DNA from: Pelomyxa schiedti
Lineage: Eukaryota > Protista > Evosea
DNA: 63,882 bases
Assembly (NCBI GenBank): GCA_020536535.1
Contig: JAHLWZ010000874.1
Span: 1-63,882 of the forward strand
Direction of reading: 5' to 3'
Positions 1-11,800 of this stretch are shown here, in pieces. Position 1 is the first letter of the stretch. Every line of letters begins with the position of its first letter. The translations under genes were made by a program, and so were the position numbers. The notes under the pieces were generated by a model. The model was not told the DNA's origin, searched no databases, and saw only the letters and a list, made by a program, of their open reading frames with translations.

Positions 1-427
1 TCAGGGGTAAACTCGATGTGGAAAACGAATTCATGCAGAAATAACTCGAGTTATCAGGGGAAAACTCGATTTATTGGGTCTCCACCGAAGTCGTACCCCA
101 AAAACTAGACTTTGTTCCATTGTTTAAAAAACGAGTGGCATGGTCCGCTATTTCGCGGTTCGCCGCTGCAGCGTTAGCAAATCTTAGTCTCATTCTCTGT
201 CTCAGCCCTCTCTGCTGGCCTCATCGAGAGTCGAAGTAGAAAGGATACCGTGCTTGATTCGTGGGTAGTGTTTACCGAACCGAAGCCCAAGCCCAGTCCC
301 TATTTTCGCCTCAACCGCTTTCTGGTCACATCACGTTTTTTTGATGATGCCTTTGCCCTGCCTCTCGTCTTTATAAACGCTCCCCCAGGCCCCAAACAGA
401 AAAAAAACAAAACCAATAACACACAAA

Positions 428-953
428 ATGACAACAAGTGCAACCACGTCGACGAGCAACAAAGCCGTCCAGCCTCCTGTGTCAGAGATGCTGGTACATT
501 ATTTGTTTTGTTGTTCTTTTGCGTTTTTTAGGCGTTTTTTTTTTTTTACGTGCTTCATCTATGTTTTTTGTAGCCCCCTGCCGTTGAGACAGTTCCCTAG
601 ACGACAGGGAACCCGAACCCTCAGTTCCTGTTACCAACAAATCAGGTAACTTCTTCTTTCTGATGATGAGACCTTCACATTTCCTTGCAGGGTCCAGTGA
701 GCCCTTACAAACCCAAAACAAGAGCACAGCGCTGGAGAGAGAAAATGGAACGAGATGCAGCAGCACTCTATCAGGAGGCAGTGGATCTCCCCCAACATCC
801 ACCTCAACGCAGACAACGCCCCAACACAATGTACGGATCCGTGGCCAACAGGCCTGCAACTATGTCTATGAGGGTCCCACCAATGCCACTGTTATCCCAG
901 GCACAGTTGCCACAGTTCCCACAATTCATGGACAAAACTGTTCTGGTTGGTAG
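428..953 (+). CDS. Possible short intron-containing hypothetical protein (S/T-rich)
   Basis: ATG at 428 and GT-AG intron-like T-rich segments (~494-573, 646-690). Exon phases could not be fully reconciled and no homology was recognised. Confidence 0.25.
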
Positions 954-998
954 TTACCTGAGGTACAACAGTTTGCCCCATGAACTGTGGGAACTGTG
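911..998. repeat. Imperfect inverted repeat (~32-bp arms, 24-nt loop)
   Basis: CACAGTTCCCACAATTCATGGACAAAACTGTT (911-942) is the reverse complement of AACAGTTTGCCCCATGAACTGTGGGAACTGTG (967-998) with 4 mismatches. Confidence 0.85.
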
Positions 999-1532
999 CC
1001 ACCACTGCCACAAAGATAAACGCAATCGAAACCCTCCTCCAATCCATTTTACAAAGGATAGACAAGCTAGAGGAAGATTCTTGAACACAAAATACCAAAC
1101 ACAGTACGACACTGCAACACAAATATTTAAAAAAAAAAATTGGAAGGAAAAAAAAAACCACTCACACTGTGCTCTTAAGGAATTTGCCTGTACATCCCTT
1201 TTCTTGTCCCTAGTTGACAGTGACACTATTATTATTATACCAAGCCATATTGGGGTTACCTTCCATTCCTAGCAGTCACATATGTGTGGCGGTTTGCTCT
1301 CTTCATGTATATGAGAAGCTAACTTCCACAGAATACCCGAGGCGCGACCGCTGGTCAATAGCTTGCTAATTTCTTGCACTGCAAGCTATCACACAAAGTT
1401 CAACACAAACTTTGGGTTCACACAAGTAACTCTCACACAAAAAGCACAAAAGCAAGATTCTTCTGACACTTTGGCTTGCGCTTGCTTCTTGACAAGTGAG
1501 ATATTGACAGTGGCACAACAAACAAAAACAAA

Positions 1533-1803
1533 TCGACGCAATGCTTCATGATGCTGAGAAGTATAAAGACGATGAAGAGCAGAAAGGACGGATCGACGCC
1601 AAACACCATCTTGAAAGCTATGCTAACTCCGTGAAGAACTCTGTAAAGGATGACAAAATAGCAACCAACATTGACTCTGGTGAAAAACAAGGGGACGTTT
1701 TCCTCTCCTCACTCCAATTTACCCTAACCGCTCTCCACAGCTCGAGGAAGCCTGCAATGAAGCGATTGAATGGCTGGATCACAACCAACAGGCCACAAAG
1801 GAG
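1533..1803 (+). pseudogene. Hsp70 C-terminal lid fragment (truncated)
   Basis: Splices (GT-AG intron 1697-1740) to IDAMLHDAEKYKDDEEQKGRIDAKHHLESYANSVKNSVKDDKIA...LEEACNEAIEWLDHNQQATKE, typical of the cytosolic Hsp70 lid. No ATPase domain upstream and no EEVD tail. Confidence 0.8.
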
Positions 1804-2040
1804 GCGGTGAACTTCTGTAGAATGAGGCTCATGTACCATCCTGTGGTCATTCCTACCACATCAGATCTCTTGCTCATTTGCGCCTGTGGTTCTGATTGTG
1901 AAGAACTTGGCTTGGGCATAGAGCTTCTTTGCAAGTGACTTCAGTCCACAACACCCTCCTAAACCACAATCTTCACTTCTTGTAACTGCGCTGAAGGGTA
2001 TGAATTCTCCCTCTTCAGATTCAAACACAAAATCGTATTG

Positions 2041-3359
2041 TCACAGAGGTGAAAAAGTTATGTTTCTGAATGCAAAGACACGAACTGTACGATCAGAGTT
2101 GAAATCGGCATAATACAGCCTAGCAGTTTGCCCTGCAGTCTGGTCCCCTCCCTCGAGGCTGATGATTGTTGGGAATGCTTGGTCTCCCCCGCCGATGCTA
2201 TCTGACACTTTGAGTATGACTTCTGGCTGTGCCCAGTCTTGCTGATCAAGGTCAGTGCAAGAAGTCACCCGCAATGCACCATCCCACCCAGCATACACCA
2301 TTACATAGAGGCCTAGGTAGCTGTTGAAGTGAACTGAAGGGCTTCCGCCTTGGTCTTCCCAGTCAAAGGCAATAGCATCTCCAAAGCCACCGGTCCCGGG
2401 CTCTACAAATCCAGCTGAATTCTTCCACTTGAACCAGTTACCGGCCCATGCATGCGGATCGGCAGATTTGGCAGAGTGGAGCCTGTGATGGGAGTTTGTG
2501 CTTGGATGTTGGGAGGAGTTTTTTACCTTGAGGCACCATCTGCTTCCACTTCTGAGTAAACCATGTACCAGCACTTGGTAGTAGCATTGTAATAAACTGA
2601 ATTAGAGCCGGCACCACCCCAAGCTGGAGTTGCTGGTTCAGGAAGACCGGATGTTATAATATCGCCTTGTAGAGTCCAAGTCTCTCCCAGATTGTAGCTG
2701 GTGGCCATGGCAATCGAAGCCCATGCCTGTAACATCAAGTTCAGCACTATTTTAAAAGGCACAGCTCTAACCATGTGATTTGGATTAGTGGAATTGCAGT
2801 ACCAATCTTCTTGGTGGATGAAGCCAATCATTTCCAACGTATCTATGTCAGTAATGACTGTTCCATACAGCCACGAGCCTCCACAAGCAGGGCCGCATTG
2901 CTCTGGCCAGATTGTTCCACCATAAACACTGTAGGACGGATTCAACTGCTGGCTGCTGTCCTCCAGGAAAGGTGAATCTCCAACAAACCTCTATTTAGGA
3001 GAATCAGCGCTTCTACTACTTTAAAATTCCAAAAGAAAAATTGTGGATACGTAATCCTCATACTCTGCCATAAAAGTCAACCACAGTGTCTTGTAAAGAA
3101 CAGAGCTTATGTGCCCATCAGGCACCAATCCATATGTAGGTAACCCACAGCAATCACCAACAATTTCCTCCTCACCAAGAGTGACGGTAAAACTCAATTC
3201 TGAACAAACGTTAATGCTTTGTGGCTTAAAAAAAAAAAAGAAAAAACTTGATGATGCTTCCTGCTCTCCGCCAACCACAACGCAAACTGTGATTATGAGT
3301 GCCAAAACAACAACGCAAACAGCACCAACAAGAATCCCAACGGACACCCTGCTAATCAT
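2041..3359 (-). CDS. Type II membrane-anchored putative beta-propeller glycoside hydrolase-like protein
   Basis: N-terminal TM (VGILVGAVCVVVLALIITVCVVV), Asp-box-like ATSYNLGETWT, propeller-like SPSVHFNSYLGLYVMVY; several GT-AG introns. Confidence 0.55.
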
Positions 3360-3537
3360 CTGGGAAATAAACCCCCTTGGCAACGACAACGAAAATGACT
3401 GGGTGTGTTGAATCTTCTTCCACGATAAATCTAAGACTAAAAACCTGAGAACCTCTGGGATATGTTTTCGCCCTAACAGATTTAATATCTCAGACGAGAG
3501 ATTTAATTATTCTTCTATTATTAATATCTCATAAGAA

Positions 3538-5356
3538 ATGCCCCGGGCCAAGTGGCGCCGCAAGCACCAGTCCACCGACTTTGTCGCCGAAGAAAAGCCC
3601 GACAAGCCCAAGCCCAAGCGCAGCAAGAAAGCCAAGAAATCGGCCGCAGCGTCGACGCCGCCGTCCGCCGCAACAGCAACAACCACAACCACTACCTCGA
3701 CTTCTACAACTGCAACGCCACCAACCGACACAAACCACGATGGCGACGTGCACGGGGGGGACGGCGGCGATACCATGGCCGTGGCAACGACATCGGCGTC
3801 TGCCTCTACCTCGGCTGCGTCGTCGTCCACGGCGGCGGCGGCTGCGGACGACGTGGAGTTGGACCGGGCAGCGCAGGAGGCTGGGATATGGGGCCCGTTG
3901 GGGATTGTGGGAACACCCGAGTTTTGTCGCACGCTGGCCCTTAAGTTGCTGGATTGGACCCGTGTCCCATCAAAGGTTGTATGTTGTTGTTGGTTTTTTT
4001 CCTTTTTTTTTTTTTTTTAATTGTATTGTTTGTTTTGTTTGTTTGTTTGCTTCTCACCTTTGGTGTGCGTTTTTGAATAGGTGCACGCATTGAGTCTAAA
4101 GCAAGTCACGGAGCTGTTGAAACGGGGAAAGCAGTTGCTGGCTTCACAATCAAATGTTGTCTACAGTTCCAACGAGGGAAGATACTGCGTAATAGGTGAC
4201 GTGCACGGGCAATATCATGATTTGGTGGGGCTGCTGGGTCTGACAGGCGAGCCTTCACCTACGAATACATTGGTATTTGCTGGAGACTATGTAGACAGAG
4301 GCAAGCATTTCCACCCTTTTTTTTCCCCTTTAACACTTTTTTGCTCAAAGGAAGCTGGGGTTCTGAGTGCCTCTTGCTTCTTCTTTCCTGGAAGATTGCT
4401 TTCCCAAATAATGTAATTTTGCTACGGGGAAACCATGAAACGGAGGCTTGTTGTAAATCATATGGTTTCGCCATGGAGATACAAGATAAATTTCATGCAG
4501 CTCAACTGTTACAGAGTTTCTACAAGGTTTCTCTTTTTCCCAGAGGTTGAAAGCATAACACCCAAACCTACCAGGTGTTCGAAAATTTGCCACTCGGATG
4601 TATCATTCACAATACTACCATGGTAACTTTTCCCAGGAACTTTTATACTTGTCTTTCATTTACTGTGGTTCTGTTTTCTGTCATTGTTTTCAGAATTTTT
4701 CTGACAGTTAAAAATCTCGGTGGTACATGGTGGACTTTTCTCTGATGGCGAGAACGGACCTGGAGGACTGGCCAAATTGAAAGCTATTAACCGCAAACTT
4801 CCCGACCACACTGATGGCACTGCAGCAGAGGTTTTATGGAGTGATCCAATGGAGACCCCTGGGATGGAGAAAAACTTTATGCGCGGAGCGTATGAGATCT
4901 TAACAGCATTTACTGAACCTAAATCTGTGAATAGGGGTTGCAGATTTGGACCTGACATCACAGATAAATTTCTGGAACTGAACCGTTTGAAACTTATTTT
5001 GAGGGGTCATGAGGGTCCTGATGCACGCCTATGTAGACCAGGTAACATCCACGCAAACAATAGTCTACATTAACTTTAAAAACCTCTCTTCAGCAATGCC
5101 TTCAGTTGACACTGGGTACTCTGTGGACCATGTAACGGCGCACGGAAAACTTGCTACTGTTTTTAGTGCTCCCGATTACCCCCAATTCAAGGATGAGGAG
5201 GATATGTACTACAGTCCAAAGAAGAAGGGTGTTCCCCCACCCAAGACTAAGGGTGCCTTTGCTGTTCTAGAGACACCTGACTATTCTGTTCCTCGGTTTG
5301 TGTCATTTGTTGTAAATGCCAGGCCACATGGGAAGAAATATGGCGAGATGACTTGA
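3538..5356 (+). CDS. PP7: PPP-family Ser/Thr protein phosphatase, plant PP7-like
   Basis: GDVHGQ, GDYVDRG (GC-AG intron 4301-4350), LRGNHE, HGGLF, LWSDP, RGHEGPDAR, VFSAPDYPQF; basic NLS-like N-terminus. Confidence 0.9.
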
Positions 5357-5442
5357 ACATAACAGAACAACCCAGAAAGTTTTGTTCTGTGACTTCTTTG
5401 TTGGAAAAAAACCATCAAAATTTTGGTTTAACGGAATGACGG

Positions 5443-7313
5443 TCAATTCAAAAGAGAAGTTTGTGAAAGTGTTGTGGTGCCATTGTTTGGTGCAGGTCTT
5501 ATGTTGAGAATTTCAGCCAATGTGTTATGTATGTCAAGAACTGAGACTGTCGGAATGAATGTGGAAACCTGGAATCATTGTTATCAGTTGGGGATACGAT
5601 GTTTGTTACCTTGAATGCTGGGCCCTTGGCAAAGAAAATACCGTGCATATCTGTGGTCTCTGGGTCATAGCCATGGACTCCACCTCCTGAATTGGGGGTG
5701 GAATAAGTGGAACTCACTGTCCATCCTACGATTGTAGGTTAGGCATTGTAATGGATCCTGGTTTGAACCTGGCTGAGCAACACCCACTAGTGGCGTAATC
5801 CTCCTGAGAGTAACGAGATTGAGGAGGATTACAAATCTAAAGGAATTGGTTGGATAAAGTACCTATTTCCGGTAAAATGAAAATGTTCCGGGAGGTCTTC
5901 TTGGAGGTAGATATCGAGACTTGGATGACACCCAGTGAGGCCATTTAACATGGCGGTTATGTTGTTTGGTCGAAGTTGTAGTATTGGTGACCATACAATT
6001 ACCTCTTCATCAGCGATGGTTGTGCATTGCCGTGGGAAAATTGTTCTCTCTGGCCTGTGAAAAGGGTTGGTTTTGTTACGGATTGAATAAGTTACATTAT
6101 TTGGGCCATTCCATGGTCAGATAGAACTATCATGTTTACAGAGGATGCCTGGGAAAGCGATTCGAGGCCGTCAAGTAACCTCCCAATGGCGGTGTCAGCT
6201 TCTTCTATAGCTCTGACCACTTCAAAGGAGTCCGGTCCATAAGTATGACCATAAGAATCAACGCCTTGGTATCCAGTGGGACGGGCAGGACATTTCATTG
6301 GACAAACCTTCAAGATAGAGAAACACTAGGTAAGGCCTCTCGTCAGCGGGAAGAGCAAGCCACTGAAGTACTGTATCCACTCGCTGTGAGTAAGGTACGG
6401 AGCTAAAAATTAATTCTTCCGGTAAAAATAAAAACTGAGTTGGACAAGGAGTATTACGAGTTGTAAGATACCCAGTATGTTGGTTGAACTCCATTTATAG
6501 GAACTTCAGAGCCTATGGAGAGTTAGAATAGCGGTTCTCCCATACTACTCTGCTCACCTGGCCAAAAGAATGTACCAGTTTTTATTCCCTGTCAATCTCA
6601 TGTCAGTCTGTAAAGAGATTTGCTTTACCTGTGACTCTGCAGTGGCCCAGATTGGTTCACCATTCCACCATCTGGAACACTGTCAGTCAGAAACCAGTAC
6701 TGTGCTTAGGTGGTGCCTGGGCTCCAAAGCAGATGAATCAGAAATGCGGAACCATGCATCCCAAACTGGATCATACATTGTGTTGTAGACAATACCTAGA
6801 CAATGTAAACAATCCTTTCAGAAATTCTTTACGCACCCGATGAAGCAGGGTATAACCCAGTAACAATGCTGTAGTGGTTCTAGAACTGCGTTATCAAATG
6901 GCTTTCGTTTTGTAATACAGACAGGAAAGGTGCTGGAAGGAAAAACGCTTGTAGTCATCTCAGCTTTGACACCAGGCTCATATACCCTCTTCAAATTGGG
7001 AATATTTGCCCTCCCATCAATGTAGTCATAACGAAATGCATCCACAGAAACAACAACAACTGTTGGCTGGGTTGATGCTGGAGTATATTCTTTGGTGTTC
7101 CCCAGTGTGAGTGCATATCTATTTACATAAAAAAGGTTCATTGAGAGTACTATCGTCTTTCCATTAAATACATTATAAGACCAGTTCCGAATGCCGTCGC
7201 CAAAAATGCAGGGACAACCAGCTGTGATTTTTCCCGTCAGTTGTTTCATTTTGGTATTTTGATTCAAACGAACAAACCCACGAAACGAAGCACCTCTCCT
7301 GGCTACACACCAT
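5443..7313 (-). CDS. Ectonucleotide pyrophosphatase/phosphodiesterase (ENPP/NPP family)
   Basis: VSVDAFRYDY, FPSSTFPNHYSIVTGLYP, WWNGEPIW, FFWPG, GVDSYGHTYGP, LSDHGM, GVHGYD; about 10 canonical introns splice in frame. Confidence 0.92.
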
Positions 7314-7423
7314 GGAAGAGGTTTTGTTTTGATGGTGATGCGAAGGAGATTGAGTTTCCAAAATTTAGGAAAAAACAAAATTGACAAAAATACAAAAAAA
7401 AAAAGTACACATGTAGTGGTGGC

Positions 7424-8702
7424 TCAAAGCTCGTCTTCCCAGGGATTGATGGGCACTACTGGCTCACTTGGTTCCTAGGTTTTTGTGATTATGGGACTGG
7501 AGATTGCTTTGGTTGTTGGTTTTTGTTTTTTTGGTTTTGAAATATTGTGTGGTATTACCTGTAGGAGTTGTGTGGCCAGGTGTACATCACAGTCACAAGC
7601 GAGGAGAACAACAGTAGCTCGTTCTCTTGGTACGCCGGTTGCTTGCATTACCGCGGTGAGCTTCTCAGCAAATTGTTTTCCAAACGCGGTCATCTGAGTG
7701 CAGAGTTATTGGGGACTTCCCCCAGTGGTGAATGAATACACACTTTTTCGTGATGGTGGTGCCGGCTGTCAAGAAGCACTGGCGCGTTTTTCATCTCAAT
7801 GACCTGATGAAGGGGCCTGTGTCCTCCAGCTGGAACCTCGGGTGCGTATACATAGGTTTTGGGCAGATCTTCTAGATTGGGGATCTTGAAGGGAGGTATA
7901 TTGTAACAGCTGAGATTGCCGCTGGGAATGTCACTGTTGGTTGCGGTTTGGTTGGTAGACACCATTACTGCGTCTTCTCTGATTTCTTTGTCGTTGTATT
8001 TTACATCTTCCACCTCATTTTTATTGTGTGTGTTGCCAGCCTCGGCTGTACCTACACTTTTTACATGCTCTACATCATTTACAGTAGGCCGATGTGATTG
8101 CTTGTGGGCGCGGTACTTGCGCCGTCTCCGATGCTTATGATGATGAATATGTTTGGGTGCCGGTGCTTGACAATCCAGCGGCAAAGTCGGAGGTTGATCT
8201 GATGCTATTGAATCTTGTGAAGTCGCAGCTTCCTTTTGTGGTACACTAGGCTGTACAAAAGCTGGATTGAGAAATGGGTAGGACATTATTTGCCCGTTGA
8301 TATCAAGAGCAAGAACTGAGCCTTCAAATAAGTCAAAGATGTCACGGGCAGTGACCTTAGGGAGGTAAGGTTCGATTACATTGCTTGACATATATACTTC
8401 TATTGATAACATAACGCCTGAGGCCCTCCAGATCGTTCCCCAGAACTTCCCATACTCAAGCCTCAACAAAACAGGAGGATTGTACTGTTGCAGTTTCAGA
8501 AAAAGGATGAAGACAGTACACTTACCTCTCCAAGGTCTGTCAAGGTTCCAAATTTTTTGTAGGGGAACGTATTACTGAACTGAAAGTCGACGGAGTGGCA
8601 CACCGCGGCCCTCGTGCTTTTTGTTTCTTTATTTGGTTGTTGTTTGCTTGTGTGACATACATTGAATAACAGGGGACAATTCTATAAGGGAGATATTTCC
8701 AT
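7424..8702 (-). CDS. Hypothetical protein with C-terminal UBA-like helical bundle
   Basis: Long exon 7745-8469; C-terminal VMQATGVPRERATVVLLACDCDVHLATQLL resembles UBA/NAC-UBA domains. Confidence 0.55.
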
Positions 8703-8800
8703 CTTATTGACACTGTCCAGTGCAGTCAGTATTTTCCAAAAAAAAAAGAAAGGAAACTAACCATAACGAAGAATTCCAACAAAAAGCCCCATATCGTGAA

Positions 8801-11800
8801 TCATTTTGAATTTAACAAATCTCCAAAACTCCACTCCTTCAAGAAAGAGAGCAGCTTCATTAAATTCCACTACAACTTGTGAGAAGAGTGCCATTGACTT
8901 CCCCTAACGCTTACCCAACTTGCATGGACTCGTCAAAGCGCATACATGAATTATAGGGTTGGACAGTTCTGGAAATGTAAGCATGAGAGTGAAGTGTGGC
9001 CACATTGGGTTTCTCTGTTATGATAAGTAAAAAGATTACATGATTGCTGTATACATTATGTAACTGGAATACTGCAACGTATACAAGCCAAATGAATTGA
9101 CAGCCGCAAGGTATGAACAGCAACGCATACCATAGACCCTTATTAAGACATAACACAAGAACAATTGCAGGAGGAAGAAATGTTGAGACAATCAACACTG
9201 TTCCAAAGAGTAGAAGGCCTGTTGGCACCTGTGAGCAAAATAAAATTGTGAGCAGGTAATCACCAGAGGCACTTTTGTTGGAAAGAGCTTGTTTGATAGA
9301 CAAAATGACCGACAAGCAATAGTGATTGATTATGGTCTCACAAGTACGAAAAAGCCAGAGATAGGCAGCCGTAGGGTTGAACATTGAGGGGTATTTGTGC
9401 GTGACTATTTATGGGAGAATTTAATTTGAATAAACTAACGGAGGGGACATACAACTCACGGTTATCTCCCAGGCACCTAACATTTCTGTGATCCACACAA
9501 GTTGCACGATCCAGGCATACCAAGGTAGGGAAAACACTCTCTCCATAAAGGTATCCTTCCAAAATTGTAAATGGAAGAAAATGGGAAACAGCAGAAACCG
9601 ATTCAGTCTCAACCGCCAAGAAGATGGTAAAAGGGAGAACAAACAAACTCCACTGCATACACATAAAAGTCGGGATGAGAAGGACTTGAAATACTGCACA
9701 AGTAATATCAAGAACAACAACTAAAACTCGGCCCCTCCCCTCGCCTAAACGTAACCAATTGTTTCCTGCAACAGACATGAGAATAGTAACAAGAGAGTGT
9801 CAACTTACTTTGGGCCCACTTGTACCAAATAGGTGAACCAAGAGTAATGAGATAAATGAACAGAGCATCTTTGGGTTTGTCATGAGAGTGAACAGGACAA
9901 ATAATGTAGCATACTAAGTGTCGCTATGACAACGGCAATGTCATTCATTGCACACAAGGAGGCCATAACCAAATTTAAAATAAGTATTTGGTGTACTTTG
10001 TAAGCATGCATATTGCGTGCTGTCTCCTCTAGGAAACGTTTGTTAAGTCTAGGACTCTTTGACAAGTGGAGGATACCCCAAAGTATTGAAACCAAATTGA
10101 ACAAAAAGGTGTGAGTAACGGGTAGCCTATCTTGCTTGTTTTGTGGTTCAGGCTGCTCCTCCTGTATTCTTGAGAGCTTTTTTCCCAATCGGTACCCAAC
10201 GAAAAAGAAAATAGGAAGGGTTGGAATAGCAACAATCTGTATTATTGAGACAATTAAACTTGTAGATGAATGATGCTTACCTTCAAAAATACAAGAGGTA
10301 TTTGTGGAATATCTCGGACAGCATGTAAGAACTCCCTTTGAACCAGAGAGTGGTAACTGGATGAAAAATTGGATGACATTTGTTGTATTTTCAGAACACA
10401 CTCAGGACTGGAGACTGGATAGTCTTTCTTGTCACCTGAAAGGGGATGTACGGCCACGGTGTTCCCATGCCACACACAGTATGACACCTTATTGAAGATT
10501 ACTACCCTCTCAAGGTTATGACCGGCTGAAAAGTACCTTAAGAAAGCAAAAACAATGGACACTCAAAAGAATAACTGGGGCTTGTAGTATCACAAAATAG
10601 TCAAGAATTAAGATGGACAACAGGTGAAAAGTGCACTGTTCGACTGTTTCACTCTGCCAACATTAGGTATGGCATGAGAGAGTGCACTTACATGGAAGAA
10701 AATACGTTCATTTGGAGTAGACAACGCAACTTTGCACATGGTAATAAAAGTGGGCCATCTCCAAAAGCCAAAAAGTAAAATGACCATAACTGGTAAAATT
10801 TAATCTTGAGAAGTAATAGTCATACATACAAGAGAGGAATATGAAAACATCTCGGAGATTCCGGAGGAAATACAAAATGATGAGGGTTTTAACAGTTTCC
10901 TGTCTTGTTCCCTGCACAGGATATTGGAAGAGGCAATGTGGGGGTAATGTTTACCTTGACCAGGTGTTTGAGGAACCCAGCAAAGCGCCAAAAGAAAATG
11001 GCATTCACTATCGTGCAGAGGCTGTACAATAAGAATGTTGGCAAGTTTTCAAAGCATGATAGGAAGAAGTTGAATTCTTCCTTTGCTGCCTCCCAAACAA
11101 TGCTGTGATATGCCTGTGAAAATATTAGTATTTTACTGATGAATTCACCATAACTGTAGGAAAATCTTGTTTTCTAATCTGGTTCCAAAGAAAAACAACT
11201 CCAACCAAAGTTGCTAGAATCAAAAACGTGAGGAAAAAAGCAGCAATATCCAAAACTGTGAGTTTATCTGCTTTTAGAGCTTCTCGCATTCTCTCCAAAG
11301 AAGTTTCACACTAAAAGAGTAGTGTAAGAGAAAGAAATAAAAGACACCAACCTTAGATAGATTGCACAGAAGGGAGGGGAAACGCCATAGACTAGCAACA
11401 ACCAGTACACAAAGAGGAAATTGAATGCTCCACCGTGCAATATGGACTAATACCAGGTAGTGCCATGTAACAGTTTTATGTGGAACTGGATTCTCGTCCT
11501 TGTCAGCTTGCATTTGAGTATGAGAGCTGGCTTGGATAAATTGCTGTTAAATTAGTGTTTTAGACAACTCTCATTTCTACCCCATGCAAATTTGAGTGGG
11601 AGAATATACCAGCCATTCAGCCAAAAGAACTGACATTCCATGGTACCGAACACAACCAAGGAAAATGACAGCAACCAGTGCTGGAATATCAACGCAAAAG
11701 TATAAAAAGCACTTCATGGTGTGCTTCATTACTTGTGAGCGTGATCCTTTGCAGTCTTTATGCTGTGAGTGAAAGCAAAATGACCTTGTATTTACGTAGA

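Noticed and set aside
4623-4719. Possible non-canonical (CG) 3' splice site in the PP7 gene, giving exact PP5-like spacing before HGGLF
   Set aside because: The canonical AG 12 nt upstream is in frame and yields LKISVVHGG, which fits the family consensus strand.
5796-5831. 11-bp inverted repeat overlapping an ENPP acceptor (similar 9-bp ones near 1358-1389 and 25966-26012)
   Set aside because: Short enough to arise by chance in 64 kb; no shared motif.
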